From positions 1 to 63,767 of IMG/VR virus record IMGVR_UViG_3300046479_000008: a stretch of DNA of 63,767 bases. The stretch is one strand, 5' to 3'. This document shows, one piece after another, positions 56,411 to 63,767 of this stretch. The stretch's first letter is position 1; every line of letters begins with the position of its first letter. Source of the stretch: a virus (taxonomy: Duplodnaviria; Caudoviricetes). The notes below the pieces were generated by a model that was given only the letters and a program-made list of their open reading frames with translations, was not told where the DNA came from and searched no databases. The translations under genes were made by a program, and so were the position numbers.

Positions 56411-56672
56411 GGATCTCCTCCTTCTGCTTCTTGGCAGCCTTGCCCTTGGGGTTGCCCTTGGGCTTCTTGGGCTTCTCCTCGGTCCCTTCGACGACGACCT
56501 CGGCCTTGGGCTCCTCGATGACGGGCTTGGCGTCCCGGACCATCTTCTTCCAGATCTGCTTGCCGCAGTAGGCCCAGAGGCCCTTGGCGACGAGTTCGGC
56601 GGCGACCTGGTCGGACACCTTGCGATAGGGTTCGTTGACGTGATGGCCACCGATGTGTTTGATGCACTTCAT
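56403..56672 (-). CDS. small basic protein with K-rich tail
   Basis: GGAGG RBS; MKCIK...WAYCGKQIWK. Confidence 0.75.
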   Translation of the reverse strand: MKCIKHIGGHHVNEPYRKVSDQVAAELVAKGLWAYCGKQIWKKMVRDAKPVIEEPKAEVVVEGTEEKPKKPKGNPKGKAAKKQKEEIHV

Positions 56673-56730
56673 TGGAAACTCCTCCATGCAGGGGCAACGT
56701 TGCCCACTGAAGAAGGATACGCATATGACA

Positions 56731-56750
56731 AGGCCCCCATTTGGGGGCCT
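56731..56750 (-). terminator. hairpin downstream of dCMP deaminase
   Basis: AGGCCCCCA-TT-TGGGGGCCT. Confidence 0.65.
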
Positions 56751-56770
56751 ATTGGTGTGATTGAATTGAA

Positions 56771-57226
56771 TTACAGTTCGACCAGTTCCACTCCGGACTC
56801 TGCACAGTATTTCCGGGTCTTGTTGAATGCCTCTGCCCACCGGGTGAGTTGTTCCTCGGTTGGCCGGGGAGCCACCATACGAGTGATCCCCGCCTGGATC
56901 ATCTGCACGCAGCAGCGGTCACAGGAGATGAAAGGCCAGGTGTAGAGCGTGTAGCCCTTGAGCGAAGGATCCCTGGAGAAGATCTGAGCATTGACTTCAC
57001 AATGCACAATCCTGGAATACTTCTCCACACGATCCAGGTAGAGCTCAGGGTCATCGGGCATGCTGCTCGGGAAACCATTGAAGCCAACAGAGGCCACAGT
57101 GCGATCCGGACGGACAATCACTGCTCCGGCCTGAGTGCTTGGATCCTTGCTCCAGGAGGCGACCAACTTGGCCATTTCAAGGAACCGTTGATCCCATTTG
57201 GAAACACTCATTTGCTCTTGGGCCAT
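56771..57226 (-). CDS. dCMP deaminase
   Basis: SKDPSTQAGAVI, GFNG, HCEVNA, SCDRC, IQAGI. Confidence 0.95.
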   Translation of the reverse strand: MAQEQMSVSKWDQRFLEMAKLVASWSKDPSTQAGAVIVRPDRTVASVGFNGFPSSMPDDPELYLDRVEKYSRIVHCEVNAQIFSRDPSLKGYTLYTWPFISCDRCCVQMIQAGITRMVAPRPTEEQLTRWAEAFNKTRKYCAESGVELVEL

Positions 57227-57229
57227 AGA

Positions 57230-57415
57230 TCAGACCTCATCGATCTTGATGGAGCACTCTTTCCAGAGCGTCACGGACTGAGTATCTCCGACGTTGATGA
57301 CCCCGATTTCTTCCACATGAGCCGGAGGTTGGGTGGGGTCAGTGATATCCTTGGTGATCCGCTGGACCTTGACGGGATAGGCCCCCGTGTTTTCGATCTT
57401 GAGAATGACGGTCAT
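57230..57415 (-). CDS. hypothetical protein
   Basis: 61 aa, AGGAG RBS. Confidence 0.7.
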   Translation of the reverse strand: MTVILKIENTGAYPVKVQRITKDITDPTQPPAHVEEIGVINVGDTQSVTLWKECSIKIDEV

Positions 57416-57423
57416 GGTTGCTC

Positions 57424-57999
57424 CTACTTCTTGAAGGGGTCAATGCGCTGCTTGATTCCGGTCTTCCACGTTTTGGCGGTGTCCTCAGAGACGATCACAC
57501 GCTCCAACTCATCCCAGGACTTGCGCGGGAAGCCGCTGGTGACAATGGAACCCCAGATGGGAACCTGCTGCTCCTGCTCGACGGACTTTCGGTAGACCCT
57601 GGCCAGGTCAATCTTCTTCCGCTGGGCCGCAGCGAACTTGGCGTAGCCGGACTCGGCGGCGACCATGATCTTCTTGAAGATGTCGGAGTCGATGGTGGGG
57701 TTCTGCTCTTTGATCCACTGCATCATGGCCTTGGATCCATCAGCGCCGTAACGACCGGAGTTGGCGACCTTGATGGCGTTGACCACGAGGTCCTTGTATT
57801 CCCCGACCGCGAGGCCCTGGGTCTGGAGGCTGTTGGTGACTTCCGTGTCGACGTTCTGCATCTCTTTGTCCTGGGCGTTGATGTCCGTCTCGAAGCCCAC
57901 GTAGGTCTGCCGAGTGGACACGTAGGAGCCCATGCAGCTGCCGCCGAGCAGGAGCACTCCGAGGGCCACGACGCCACTGATGATAAGTCCTTTGTTCAT
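57424..57999 (-). CDS. LemA-like membrane-anchored protein
   Basis: N-terminal TM, helical body, GRYG..GS...MQWIKEQNP. Confidence 0.75.
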   Translation of the reverse strand: MNKGLIISGVVALGVLLLGGSCMGSYVSTRQTYVGFETDINAQDKEMQNVDTEVTNSLQTQGLAVGEYKDLVVNAIKVANSGRYGADGSKAMMQWIKEQNPTIDSDIFKKIMVAAESGYAKFAAAQRKKIDLARVYRKSVEQEQQVPIWGSIVTSGFPRKSWDELERVIVSEDTAKTWKTGIKQRIDPFKK

Positions 58000-59211
58000 T
58001 TAGAATCTCCTCTTGGGATAGGACTCTTTGGTCCTGGTTGGGGATAGACGGTAGGGGAAACTAGAAGATTCACTCTCTGGAATGAAGAACACCACCACAG
58101 CACCGGCGATCATGTAGAGCAGAGAGACATAGTAGATCCAGAAGGGGATCTTGATCTCGTTCTTGAGATACTCGAACTCAGCCATACGCTTACGCTCGAA
58201 GTGGCCGAATATCCCTTCTCTGAATGCGGACATGATCTTGGCACGATCGTCAATCCGAGTCCCAACCAGCTTTTCCTTCAGGAAGGGTTCCAAGGTTTCA
58301 TTCTTGGTCCAGGAGACCACCTGAGCCCAATTGATGTTGTCAGAGGAATCTTGGCCCACACCAAGGACCAGGATCACATCGTTCTTCTTCCCGTTGATCC
58401 ACTTGTCCTTCAGAGCCTGGACGTAGCCGATATCAGAACTGGTGATAACGATCAGGGGGTTGCACTGCTTGGAGGCCCCCACGGCGTCAGCCAGGACATC
58501 CATGTCCCACTCCATGAGGTTCTTCCAGGACCCATCCAGGATCACACCAGGGTTGAGGATGCGTGGTTGCTTGGGCCCATGGGGGGTCATCACCAGACCT
58601 GGATAGTCCGGGACTTTGTAACCATCCTCACCCTTAGCTCGATAGACCGTGCCGTAGCTGGCCTTGACCCAGTTGACGATTTCCTTGGAGGAACTATAGG
58701 GGACAATATCCCGCACATCCCCATCCCAGCGGGTCACGTAGGTCTTACCGTCCCCGAAGGAGCATTGACCGGGGTGACTGTGGCTGACGCAAGGTTCGTT
58801 CTGAAAGTTGCGCACGTAGCCGATGTATTGAGCTTGTTCAATCCCATCATTGCCCACGGTAGTGAACACGTTCCATTGGGGACTATGCCTCGTTTCATGG
58901 CGAACGGTCCGGTAGCCCGTGACGTTGCCTTTGGAATCTCGGATGGCCTCCTGAGTGTAATATTCTTCGGTCCAGGGTTCCTCATACTGGGCTGCAGTGA
59001 CATGGCCGTTGAGGATGCAGAAATCATCCACCCCTGTGCCATATCGAATACCCATGGAGAAGGTTCCGATCACCAGGATCGTGTAGATCAAGGAGATCCC
59101 GCCAGCGATGATTGGCTCTTTGTCCTTCCAGAGCGTGAAGGCCCAGATGAGGACCAGACCGAAGACTACCATGGCCCACATGGACCATTGTGAACAGATC
59201 AGACCGAACAT
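58000..59211 (-). CDS. membrane protein with extracytoplasmic domain (partner of LemA-like gene)
   Basis: Two N-terminal and one C-terminal TM; WINGKKNDVILVLG. Confidence 0.8.
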   Translation of the reverse strand: MFGLICSQWSMWAMVVFGLVLIWAFTLWKDKEPIIAGGISLIYTILVIGTFSMGIRYGTGVDDFCILNGHVTAAQYEEPWTEEYYTQEAIRDSKGNVTGYRTVRHETRHSPQWNVFTTVGNDGIEQAQYIGYVRNFQNEPCVSHSHPGQCSFGDGKTYVTRWDGDVRDIVPYSSSKEIVNWVKASYGTVYRAKGEDGYKVPDYPGLVMTPHGPKQPRILNPGVILDGSWKNLMEWDMDVLADAVGASKQCNPLIVITSSDIGYVQALKDKWINGKKNDVILVLGVGQDSSDNINWAQVVSWTKNETLEPFLKEKLVGTRIDDRAKIMSAFREGIFGHFERKRMAEFEYLKNEIKIPFWIYYVSLLYMIAGAVVVFFIPESESSSFPYRLSPTRTKESYPKRRF

Positions 59212-59285
59212 GGCTCCTCCATCAGAGAACCAGGCTACTCATAAAGATTGAACCCGGAATCTGGGACCAAAAGTTTGGATTGAAT

Positions 59286-59411
59286 TTAACGAACCAGATG
59301 ACCTATACCTAGCATTCCAGCCCATTTATAGAGAACCATGCAAAGCCCAGCGAGGGCAGCTAGACACTCAATAGTGATCCAAGCGGCTTCAAGCCATGCC
59401 GATTCAATCAA
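59286..59411 (-). CDS. small membrane protein
   Basis: TTG start just after the upstream stop; hydrophobic. Confidence 0.45.
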   Translation of the reverse strand: MIESAWLEAAWITIECLAALAGLCMVLYKWAGMLGIGHLVR

Positions 59412-59412
59412 C

Positions 59413-59910
59413 CTACGCCAGAAGCTTGTCGAGGTGTTCCCACATTGGCTCAAACTCACCCTCCTTGTAGAGAATTGCTCTGAAGAGCGGATACTTCTTG
59501 CGATACTTAGCGGTCTTCCCACCAGCTTCTACATTAGCTATGCGATCACACAGCTTGAGGAATACGGCACCAACACACTGTCGGATCTTCTTAAGGGTTT
59601 CCTCATCGGTAAGCTCGTCGGAGACATGCCAGATGATATCCCCGACCTCTTGGCCGTAACGTTCAGCCAATTCCTCACGGGACATCCCTGTGTCCTCAAT
59701 GAGATCATGACCCCATGAACCTAGGACCACCACCTCAATGGAGACCCCATAGGGGAGGAAGGGCATGAACCGATAGACCACATCCCGGACTGCACGGAGA
59801 TGGAACGTGTAAGGCTTATCTCCGCCGTAGGTCTGATGCTTGTGCCGATCAGACGCCAGGTTGATCATATCATGTTCAAGTGCTCTGAATGCCGCTTCCG
59901 TGTATTTCAT
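59413..59910 (-). CDS. HD-domain protein (RelA/SpoT hydrolase, Mesh1-like)
   Basis: HKHQTY..KPYTFHL, HDLIEDT, LKLCDRIAN. Confidence 0.88.
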   Translation of the reverse strand: MKYTEAAFRALEHDMINLASDRHKHQTYGGDKPYTFHLRAVRDVVYRFMPFLPYGVSIEVVVLGSWGHDLIEDTGMSREELAERYGQEVGDIIWHVSDELTDEETLKKIRQCVGAVFLKLCDRIANVEAGGKTAKYRKKYPLFRAILYKEGEFEPMWEHLDKLLA

Positions 59911-60046
59911 TGGGGACCTTCTCCTTCTTGTCTTGTTCTAGGATACGGTCCCGTAGGCTCACCCAGCGACGATTCCCAGCCTCCCATTCATCTGCCCAGA
60001 TCGCGGGGATATCCCTAAGATCCTTTGAGGGCTCAGGAAGTAACAT
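59876..60046 (-). CDS. hypothetical protein
   Basis: GGAG RBS before MLLPEP. Confidence 0.5.
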   Translation of the reverse strand: MLLPEPSKDLRDIPAIWADEWEAGNRRWVSLRDRILEQDKKEKVPNEIHGSGIQST

Positions 60047-60050
60047 ACGT

Positions 60051-60404
60051 TTATCTCCCTGTGAACTCAACCATGGCCATTGGAGGATCATAGTTCTTAA
60101 TCTCGAAGACATAATCGCATTTGAGCCGATTGTCCAACCAGATCCTCTGGGCTATGACATCCCCAACGGTGCCCTTTGTGAGAAATTCATCCAGAATCTC
60201 TCGACGTATAGAACATTCCTGGACATCCCCCTCGAAGGTCACTCGCTCCATAGCTTCTCGGAAAGATTTGAGAGCTTCATGGGCGAAGTCAGCGGAGCGC
60301 CCGAAGGTGAGATTCTTGGAGCGGAGTTCAATGGGTTCCCCTTTGGATTTCCAAACGACGTCACAGACGGAACTCCCGTAGACCGTAAGAATATACTTAG
60401 TCAT
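60051..60404 (-). CDS. hypothetical protein
   Basis: Start moved to MTKYIL. Confidence 0.65.
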   Translation of the reverse strand: MTKYILTVYGSSVCDVVWKSKGEPIELRSKNLTFGRSADFAHEALKSFREAMERVTFEGDVQECSIRREILDEFLTKGTVGDVIAQRIWLDNRLKCDYVFEIKNYDPPMAMVEFTGR

Positions 60405-60816
60405 TGTTGTCCTTCCGGAGATCCTTCTCCTTGATTGCTTCACGCTTGTCGTGCTTCTTCATAGCTTTTCCGACGAGCAGACGGAGTTTGAGCCAGCCTC
60501 TGAAATCGAAGTAGGCGTGCTCCACCAGGACCCGCATACCATCTCTGGTATGTTTTTCTAGTCGATTGATTTCTTTGCGATTGAGAAGCAGCTTGATCTT
60601 GCGCGGCTCATCATAGAGATCAGAGTGAACCCATGCCTCCCCGTTCTCCACCCGGACCAAGGCGCTGCTAAGATCAAACCCTTGATGGCTCCGGATACGC
60701 TGAATGTCTTTCCTCTCCAAGAGGATCCCGGCCAAGAAGGAATCCTCAATACGATAATCGTAATGGATTCGCTTATTACGATATACCGTAGCATTGTTCT
60801 CAACGTGTTGCCACAT
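60397..60816 (-). CDS. smpB: SsrA-binding protein (divergent)
   Basis: NKRIHYDYRIEDSFLAGILL, GEAW, RKIKLLLNRKEI, GWLK, KKHDKREAIKEKD. Confidence 0.88.
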   Translation of the reverse strand: MWQHVENNATVYRNKRIHYDYRIEDSFLAGILLERKDIQRIRSHQGFDLSSALVRVENGEAWVHSDLYDEPRKIKLLLNRKEINRLEKHTRDGMRVLVEHAYFDFRGWLKLRLLVGKAMKKHDKREAIKEKDLRKDNND

Positions 60817-60824
60817 CTTGGCTC

Positions 60825-61361
60825 CTAGTGCTGGCTGTAGGTGATATGTCCAGCGTAATACCAGTGATCTCCATGCTCCAAATCAGCATCTAGGCGACCA
60901 TCGTTACCCGAATAGGTCAGCTCATAGAGATATTTCCCCTTGTTCTCCTTGAGGAACTCCTCGATCACCTTCACATGAAGAGCATCACTGCGCTGCTTCT
61001 GGATGATCCGATAGGGCTTGAGGGCCTTACGATAGGCGTGCCGCTCTTCCTCACTGGAGCCCCAGGGGATTGCTTCTGCAGCTTCGGTGGCCGCTTTGTA
61101 TTCAGGATCATTGTTGAGCTCCCAGCGGTTGGGGTGCTCATATTCAGTGAGGAGCCGAGCGATGAGCTCATAGTCCTCGGGGTCAATCACTTTGGGTGAG
61201 CAAGTCTTCAGATCCCCGGTGAGCCTGGTGATCTGTTCCTGGTAGAACAGCTTGAAGGTCTCCTTGACCCAATCCTCTGTCAACTCCCCAGGAGCACATG
61301 CCAGGGCCACAACAAAGCTGCTGCTTGAACTGTTAGAGACGAAACCATTGCGGATCTTCAT
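60825..61361 (-). CDS. MKIRNGFVSNSSSSSF-family protein
   Basis: N-terminal motif; GGAGG RBS; ends LEHGDHW...HITYSQH. Confidence 0.85.
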   Translation of the reverse strand: MKIRNGFVSNSSSSSFVVALACAPGELTEDWVKETFKLFYQEQITRLTGDLKTCSPKVIDPEDYELIARLLTEYEHPNRWELNNDPEYKAATEAAEAIPWGSSEEERHAYRKALKPYRIIQKQRSDALHVKVIEEFLKENKGKYLYELTYSGNDGRLDADLEHGDHWYYAGHITYSQH

Positions 61362-61386
61362 ACAATCCTCCACCCTAAAATACCTC

Positions 61387-61404
61387 GGCCCTCCGAAGAG
61401 GGCC
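61387..61404 (-). terminator. cUUCGg hairpin
   Basis: GGCCCTC-TTCG-GAGGGCC on the minus strand. Confidence 0.6.
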
Positions 61405-61431
61405 TTTGGTGGGTGTGAATTGAATCCAGAG

Positions 61432-61905
61432 CTAGAGCAAATCCTTGGGGACGCTACGGATGGCTTCGATTTCTCTGATGGTAGATGAGCTGATATGCCC
61501 TAGGCTCCGATCTGTTATGAAGAACACAATGGGCACCAGCAGTCCAAGGTCCTCGTTCCAGTATTGGAAGTTCATCTCATACTGTAGGTCGTAGCCATTA
61601 CGTAGCCCACGGATCACCGCTCCAATCTGTGGGATGTCCTTGCCTGTAGCTAGGATCTTGTCGTTGTAGTTCCGGACAGCGTCACTCAGGAGGCCATCGT
61701 AGGTCAGGAGCCCAACCTTGAGCCCATAGCCCTCTCGGAGCTCATAGAACCACCCAGGGGTCCCCGGCTTGGGTTTGGGCTTGGAGGCATTGTGACCAAT
61801 GGCGATGACCACGCGATCAAAGACCTTCAAGGCCTTTTCTAACACATCGGCGTGGCCAGCGTGCCAGGGGTTAAACGAGCCGGGGTAGATTGCTGTGGTC
61901 ACCAT
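61432..61905 (-). CDS. coaD: phosphopantetheine adenylyltransferase
   Basis: IYPGSFNPWHAGH, IRGLR..YDLQYE, HISSSTIRE; AGGAGG RBS. Confidence 0.88.
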   Translation of the reverse strand: MVTTAIYPGSFNPWHAGHADVLEKALKVFDRVVIAIGHNASKPKPKPGTPGWFYELREGYGLKVGLLTYDGLLSDAVRNYNDKILATGKDIPQIGAVIRGLRNGYDLQYEMNFQYWNEDLGLLVPIVFFITDRSLGHISSSTIREIEAIRSVPKDLL

Positions 61906-62137
61906 GAACCTCCTGTAATGCATGTTTCAATTCAACGAGCATCTTGAACCCAGGACCCTGTGCAATATAGTAGTCCACCGTTGGACGCCATCGCTTCAGA
62001 GCCTTCCGGATACCCAAGCGCAAATGTCCTTTGCTCTTATATCTTCCAACGAACATACGCTCAGCATGATGATTGAAATATGTTACGGACCATGGATGAG
62101 TTTTGGCAGTTCGAATGCCCATTGGATAGTAGGTCAT
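61871..62137 (-). CDS. basic hypothetical protein
   Basis: 88 aa, ATGA-coupled. Confidence 0.6.
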   Translation of the reverse strand: MTYYPMGIRTAKTHPWSVTYFNHHAERMFVGRYKSKGHLRLGIRKALKRWRPTVDYYIAQGPGFKMLVELKHALQEVHGDHSNLPRLV

Positions 62138-63015
62138 CTGGAACCAGGAAGCAGCACGGAAAGGATGAGCCGGTCCAAAGCCACTTGGATCTGCGTGGCC
62201 TGTTCATCCGTGACCCCCTTGTGGGAGATTGTGGCGGTGAAGTCCCGGATGATTCCGGCCTTGATCGGGGTGAGATGTGTGAGCAGAGGGATGTCCTTGA
62301 TACGGTCCTTGGTGGGGATGAACGCAGAAGGCTCAGCCGCTCTGGTCTCCATGGGGGCCTTGGTCCGGGATTCTTTCTTCTTGGCCTGGACGCCATGGAC
62401 CTTGTTCCGGTAGGCCAGTTCCTTCTCATTGAGCACCGGGATCGAGGTATCCTCCGGCTGCTTGATGGTCTGGAAGAACAGGGTCTTCTCCGCCGGGGAG
62501 AACTTACGGGTCTCCAATTCGACGCCACTGACGATGTTGTAGGAGTAGCCCAGCCGATGGGACATTTCGTCCTGGGACAAGTGGGCCTCGTTCCGGAGCT
62601 TCTTCACCTTCTTCCCCCAACCTTCTAGGGTGGGTTTGATGTTGGGCATAGCAGCCTCCTTGGGCTTGGGTTTACGAATATCCCCTAGTCGTTCTTTCGG
62701 CAGGGGTGGATCCAGGTGGTATTGCTTCTTGCTGTCGCCGCTGTCCAAGGGCCTTCCCAAGGACAACTCAGCGCGTTCAGTATGGGAGAATCCCCGTTTC
62801 TCCAGGAAACTCAAAACCTCTGCGGGCTGATCCCCCGCAAATTCCTGACTCACCCTGGTCCGAAAGGGGTTGAGGAAGATCGTAGTAGTGAGGAACAGGG
62901 GTGTCCAAGACTTGTCCGGCCTCTTGTTGCGGGTCTTGGACCAGGGCACGAAAGGTGTGACATCCTTGCGCAAAGGATGGTCAATAGGGAGGAAGTCAAT
63001 CAGTCTGGTCATCAC
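62134..63015 (-). CDS. XRE-family HTH protein (strong internal RBS/ATG at 62649)
   Basis: KVKKLRNEAHLSQDEMSHRLGYS..IVSGVE. Confidence 0.8.
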   Translation of the reverse strand: MMTRLIDFLPIDHPLRKDVTPFVPWSKTRNKRPDKSWTPLFLTTTIFLNPFRTRVSQEFAGDQPAEVLSFLEKRGFSHTERAELSLGRPLDSGDSKKQYHLDPPLPKERLGDIRKPKPKEAAMPNIKPTLEGWGKKVKKLRNEAHLSQDEMSHRLGYSYNIVSGVELETRKFSPAEKTLFFQTIKQPEDTSIPVLNEKELAYRNKVHGVQAKKKESRTKAPMETRAAEPSAFIPTKDRIKDIPLLTHLTPIKAGIIRDFTATISHKGVTDEQATQIQVALDRLILSVLLPGSR

Positions 63016-63416
63016 TTCTGCCTCCAGCCAGCCAACTCGGTTATAGGGATACGGAGCACCTTAATCCCCTCTCCCTGCAATATGCTCTCCATGACCTCCG
63101 CACCCTTGGGGTTCATGGAATGAATGACCACCAAAGCCGGTTTCCACGGCAGACCCACGATGCACTTGGCGAGATCCCGGCCCGTGATCTCCCTGGGGTA
63201 TGGCTCGTAGACATATGTCTCCAAGTCGTGATCCAAGAAGATCACATCGAACTCATTCATCTCCAGCTGATCAAGAGCATGAAGGGCGTTGCTGGAATAG
63301 GTGCATGCGGTCTTCAGAACCCCAGAAGCATAGAGGGCATCCTTGCGGCAGGGGAAGTCATCAACGACCAGGACCCTAGCCGGGGACTCGATTACTACTG
63401 GGGGCTTGTGAGCCAT
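63012..63416 (-). CDS. stand-alone receiver domain (cyclic-phosphate-processing type)
   Basis: VLVVDD, IFLDHDL, TG.DLA, IHSMNP.GA..M. Confidence 0.82.
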   Translation of the reverse strand: MAHKPPVVIESPARVLVVDDFPCRKDALYASGVLKTACTYSSNALHALDQLEMNEFDVIFLDHDLETYVYEPYPREITGRDLAKCIVGLPWKPALVVIHSMNPKGAEVMESILQGEGIKVLRIPITELAGWRQK

Positions 63417-63425
63417 CAGGACTCC

Positions 63426-63767
63426 TTAACGGTGAGAATAGGTAATGTGTTCCACGTTCTTCCAGTGATCCCCTTGCTCCAAGACACAACGGGAGCAATC
63501 CCATTCTGAGCAATGATATGCATAATGGAGGAGCCACTGCCCTTTATGGGCTTCCAGCCAGGGCTGGAGGAAGTCCTTGTGGACCGCCTGAGTGAGCTCT
63601 TCGAACTTGGCGTACCAGGCCCGGTAGGCATCAGCTTGGTTGCTGGGTGGTCGCTTCTTGTAGTGGGCCTGAACCCGCTTGCTCTTGGCAAGGAGATCAA
63701 AAGGGCAACCCTCGTCGGTGATGATCTTGGAGATGATCTGGGGGATCAGCTCATCGGAGATCTTGAG
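63426..63767 (-). CDS. partial paralogue of 60825..61361 (5' end outside window)
   Basis: Manual translation ends LEQGDHWKNVEHITYSHR*. Confidence 0.75.
   Translation of the reverse strand, partial: LKISDELIPQIISKIITDEGCPFDLLAKSKRVQAHYKKRPPSNQADAYRAWYAKFEELTQAVHKDFLQPWLEAHKGQWLLHYAYHCSEWDCSRCVLEQGDHWKNVEHITYSHR

Noticed and set aside
59200-61440. tmRNA near smpB
   Set aside because: No intergenic gap of ~350 nt and no tRNA-Ala-like ends seen.
1-63767. Retron, DGR, integrase or transposase
   Set aside because: No reverse transcriptase, recombinase or DDE motifs recognised in any ORF.

Overview
This looks like a segment of a large (jumbo-type) dsDNA phage genome. It is densely packed, almost entirely minus-strand, in standard genetic code, and has no recognisable capsid, tail or terminase genes. 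It holds: (i) replication, recombination and repair genes (RecA, RuvC-like, SSB-like, SbcD plus the N-half of SbcC, SNF2 helicase, RNase HII, DEDDh exonuclease, and an NAD-dependent DNA ligase split into two genes); (ii) nucleotide and cofactor enzymes (dUTPase, dCMP deaminase, MazG, NUDIX, HD and HAD phosphatases, NadE, CoaD); (iii) translation-related genes (tRNA-Lys with an 8-nt anticodon loop, tRNA-Gly, tRNA-Thr, Thg1-like, YqeY, SmpB); (iv) two GIY-YIG endonucleases and one HNH. Two candidate undescribed systems stand out. First, a putative nucleotide/DNA-modification pathway built around a ThyX homologue that has lost its signature histidines, together with an SDR, a VOC-fold protein, a flavoprotein and two paralogous pyrophosphohydrolase-like domains. 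Second, about 10 dispersed proteins sharing an N-terminal M(x)LTAKLLKRA-type leader and often a C-terminal D[WF]xxxxG[FY] motif, suggesting a capsid-targeting or export signal. All family calls come from reading motifs by eye; no searches were run.
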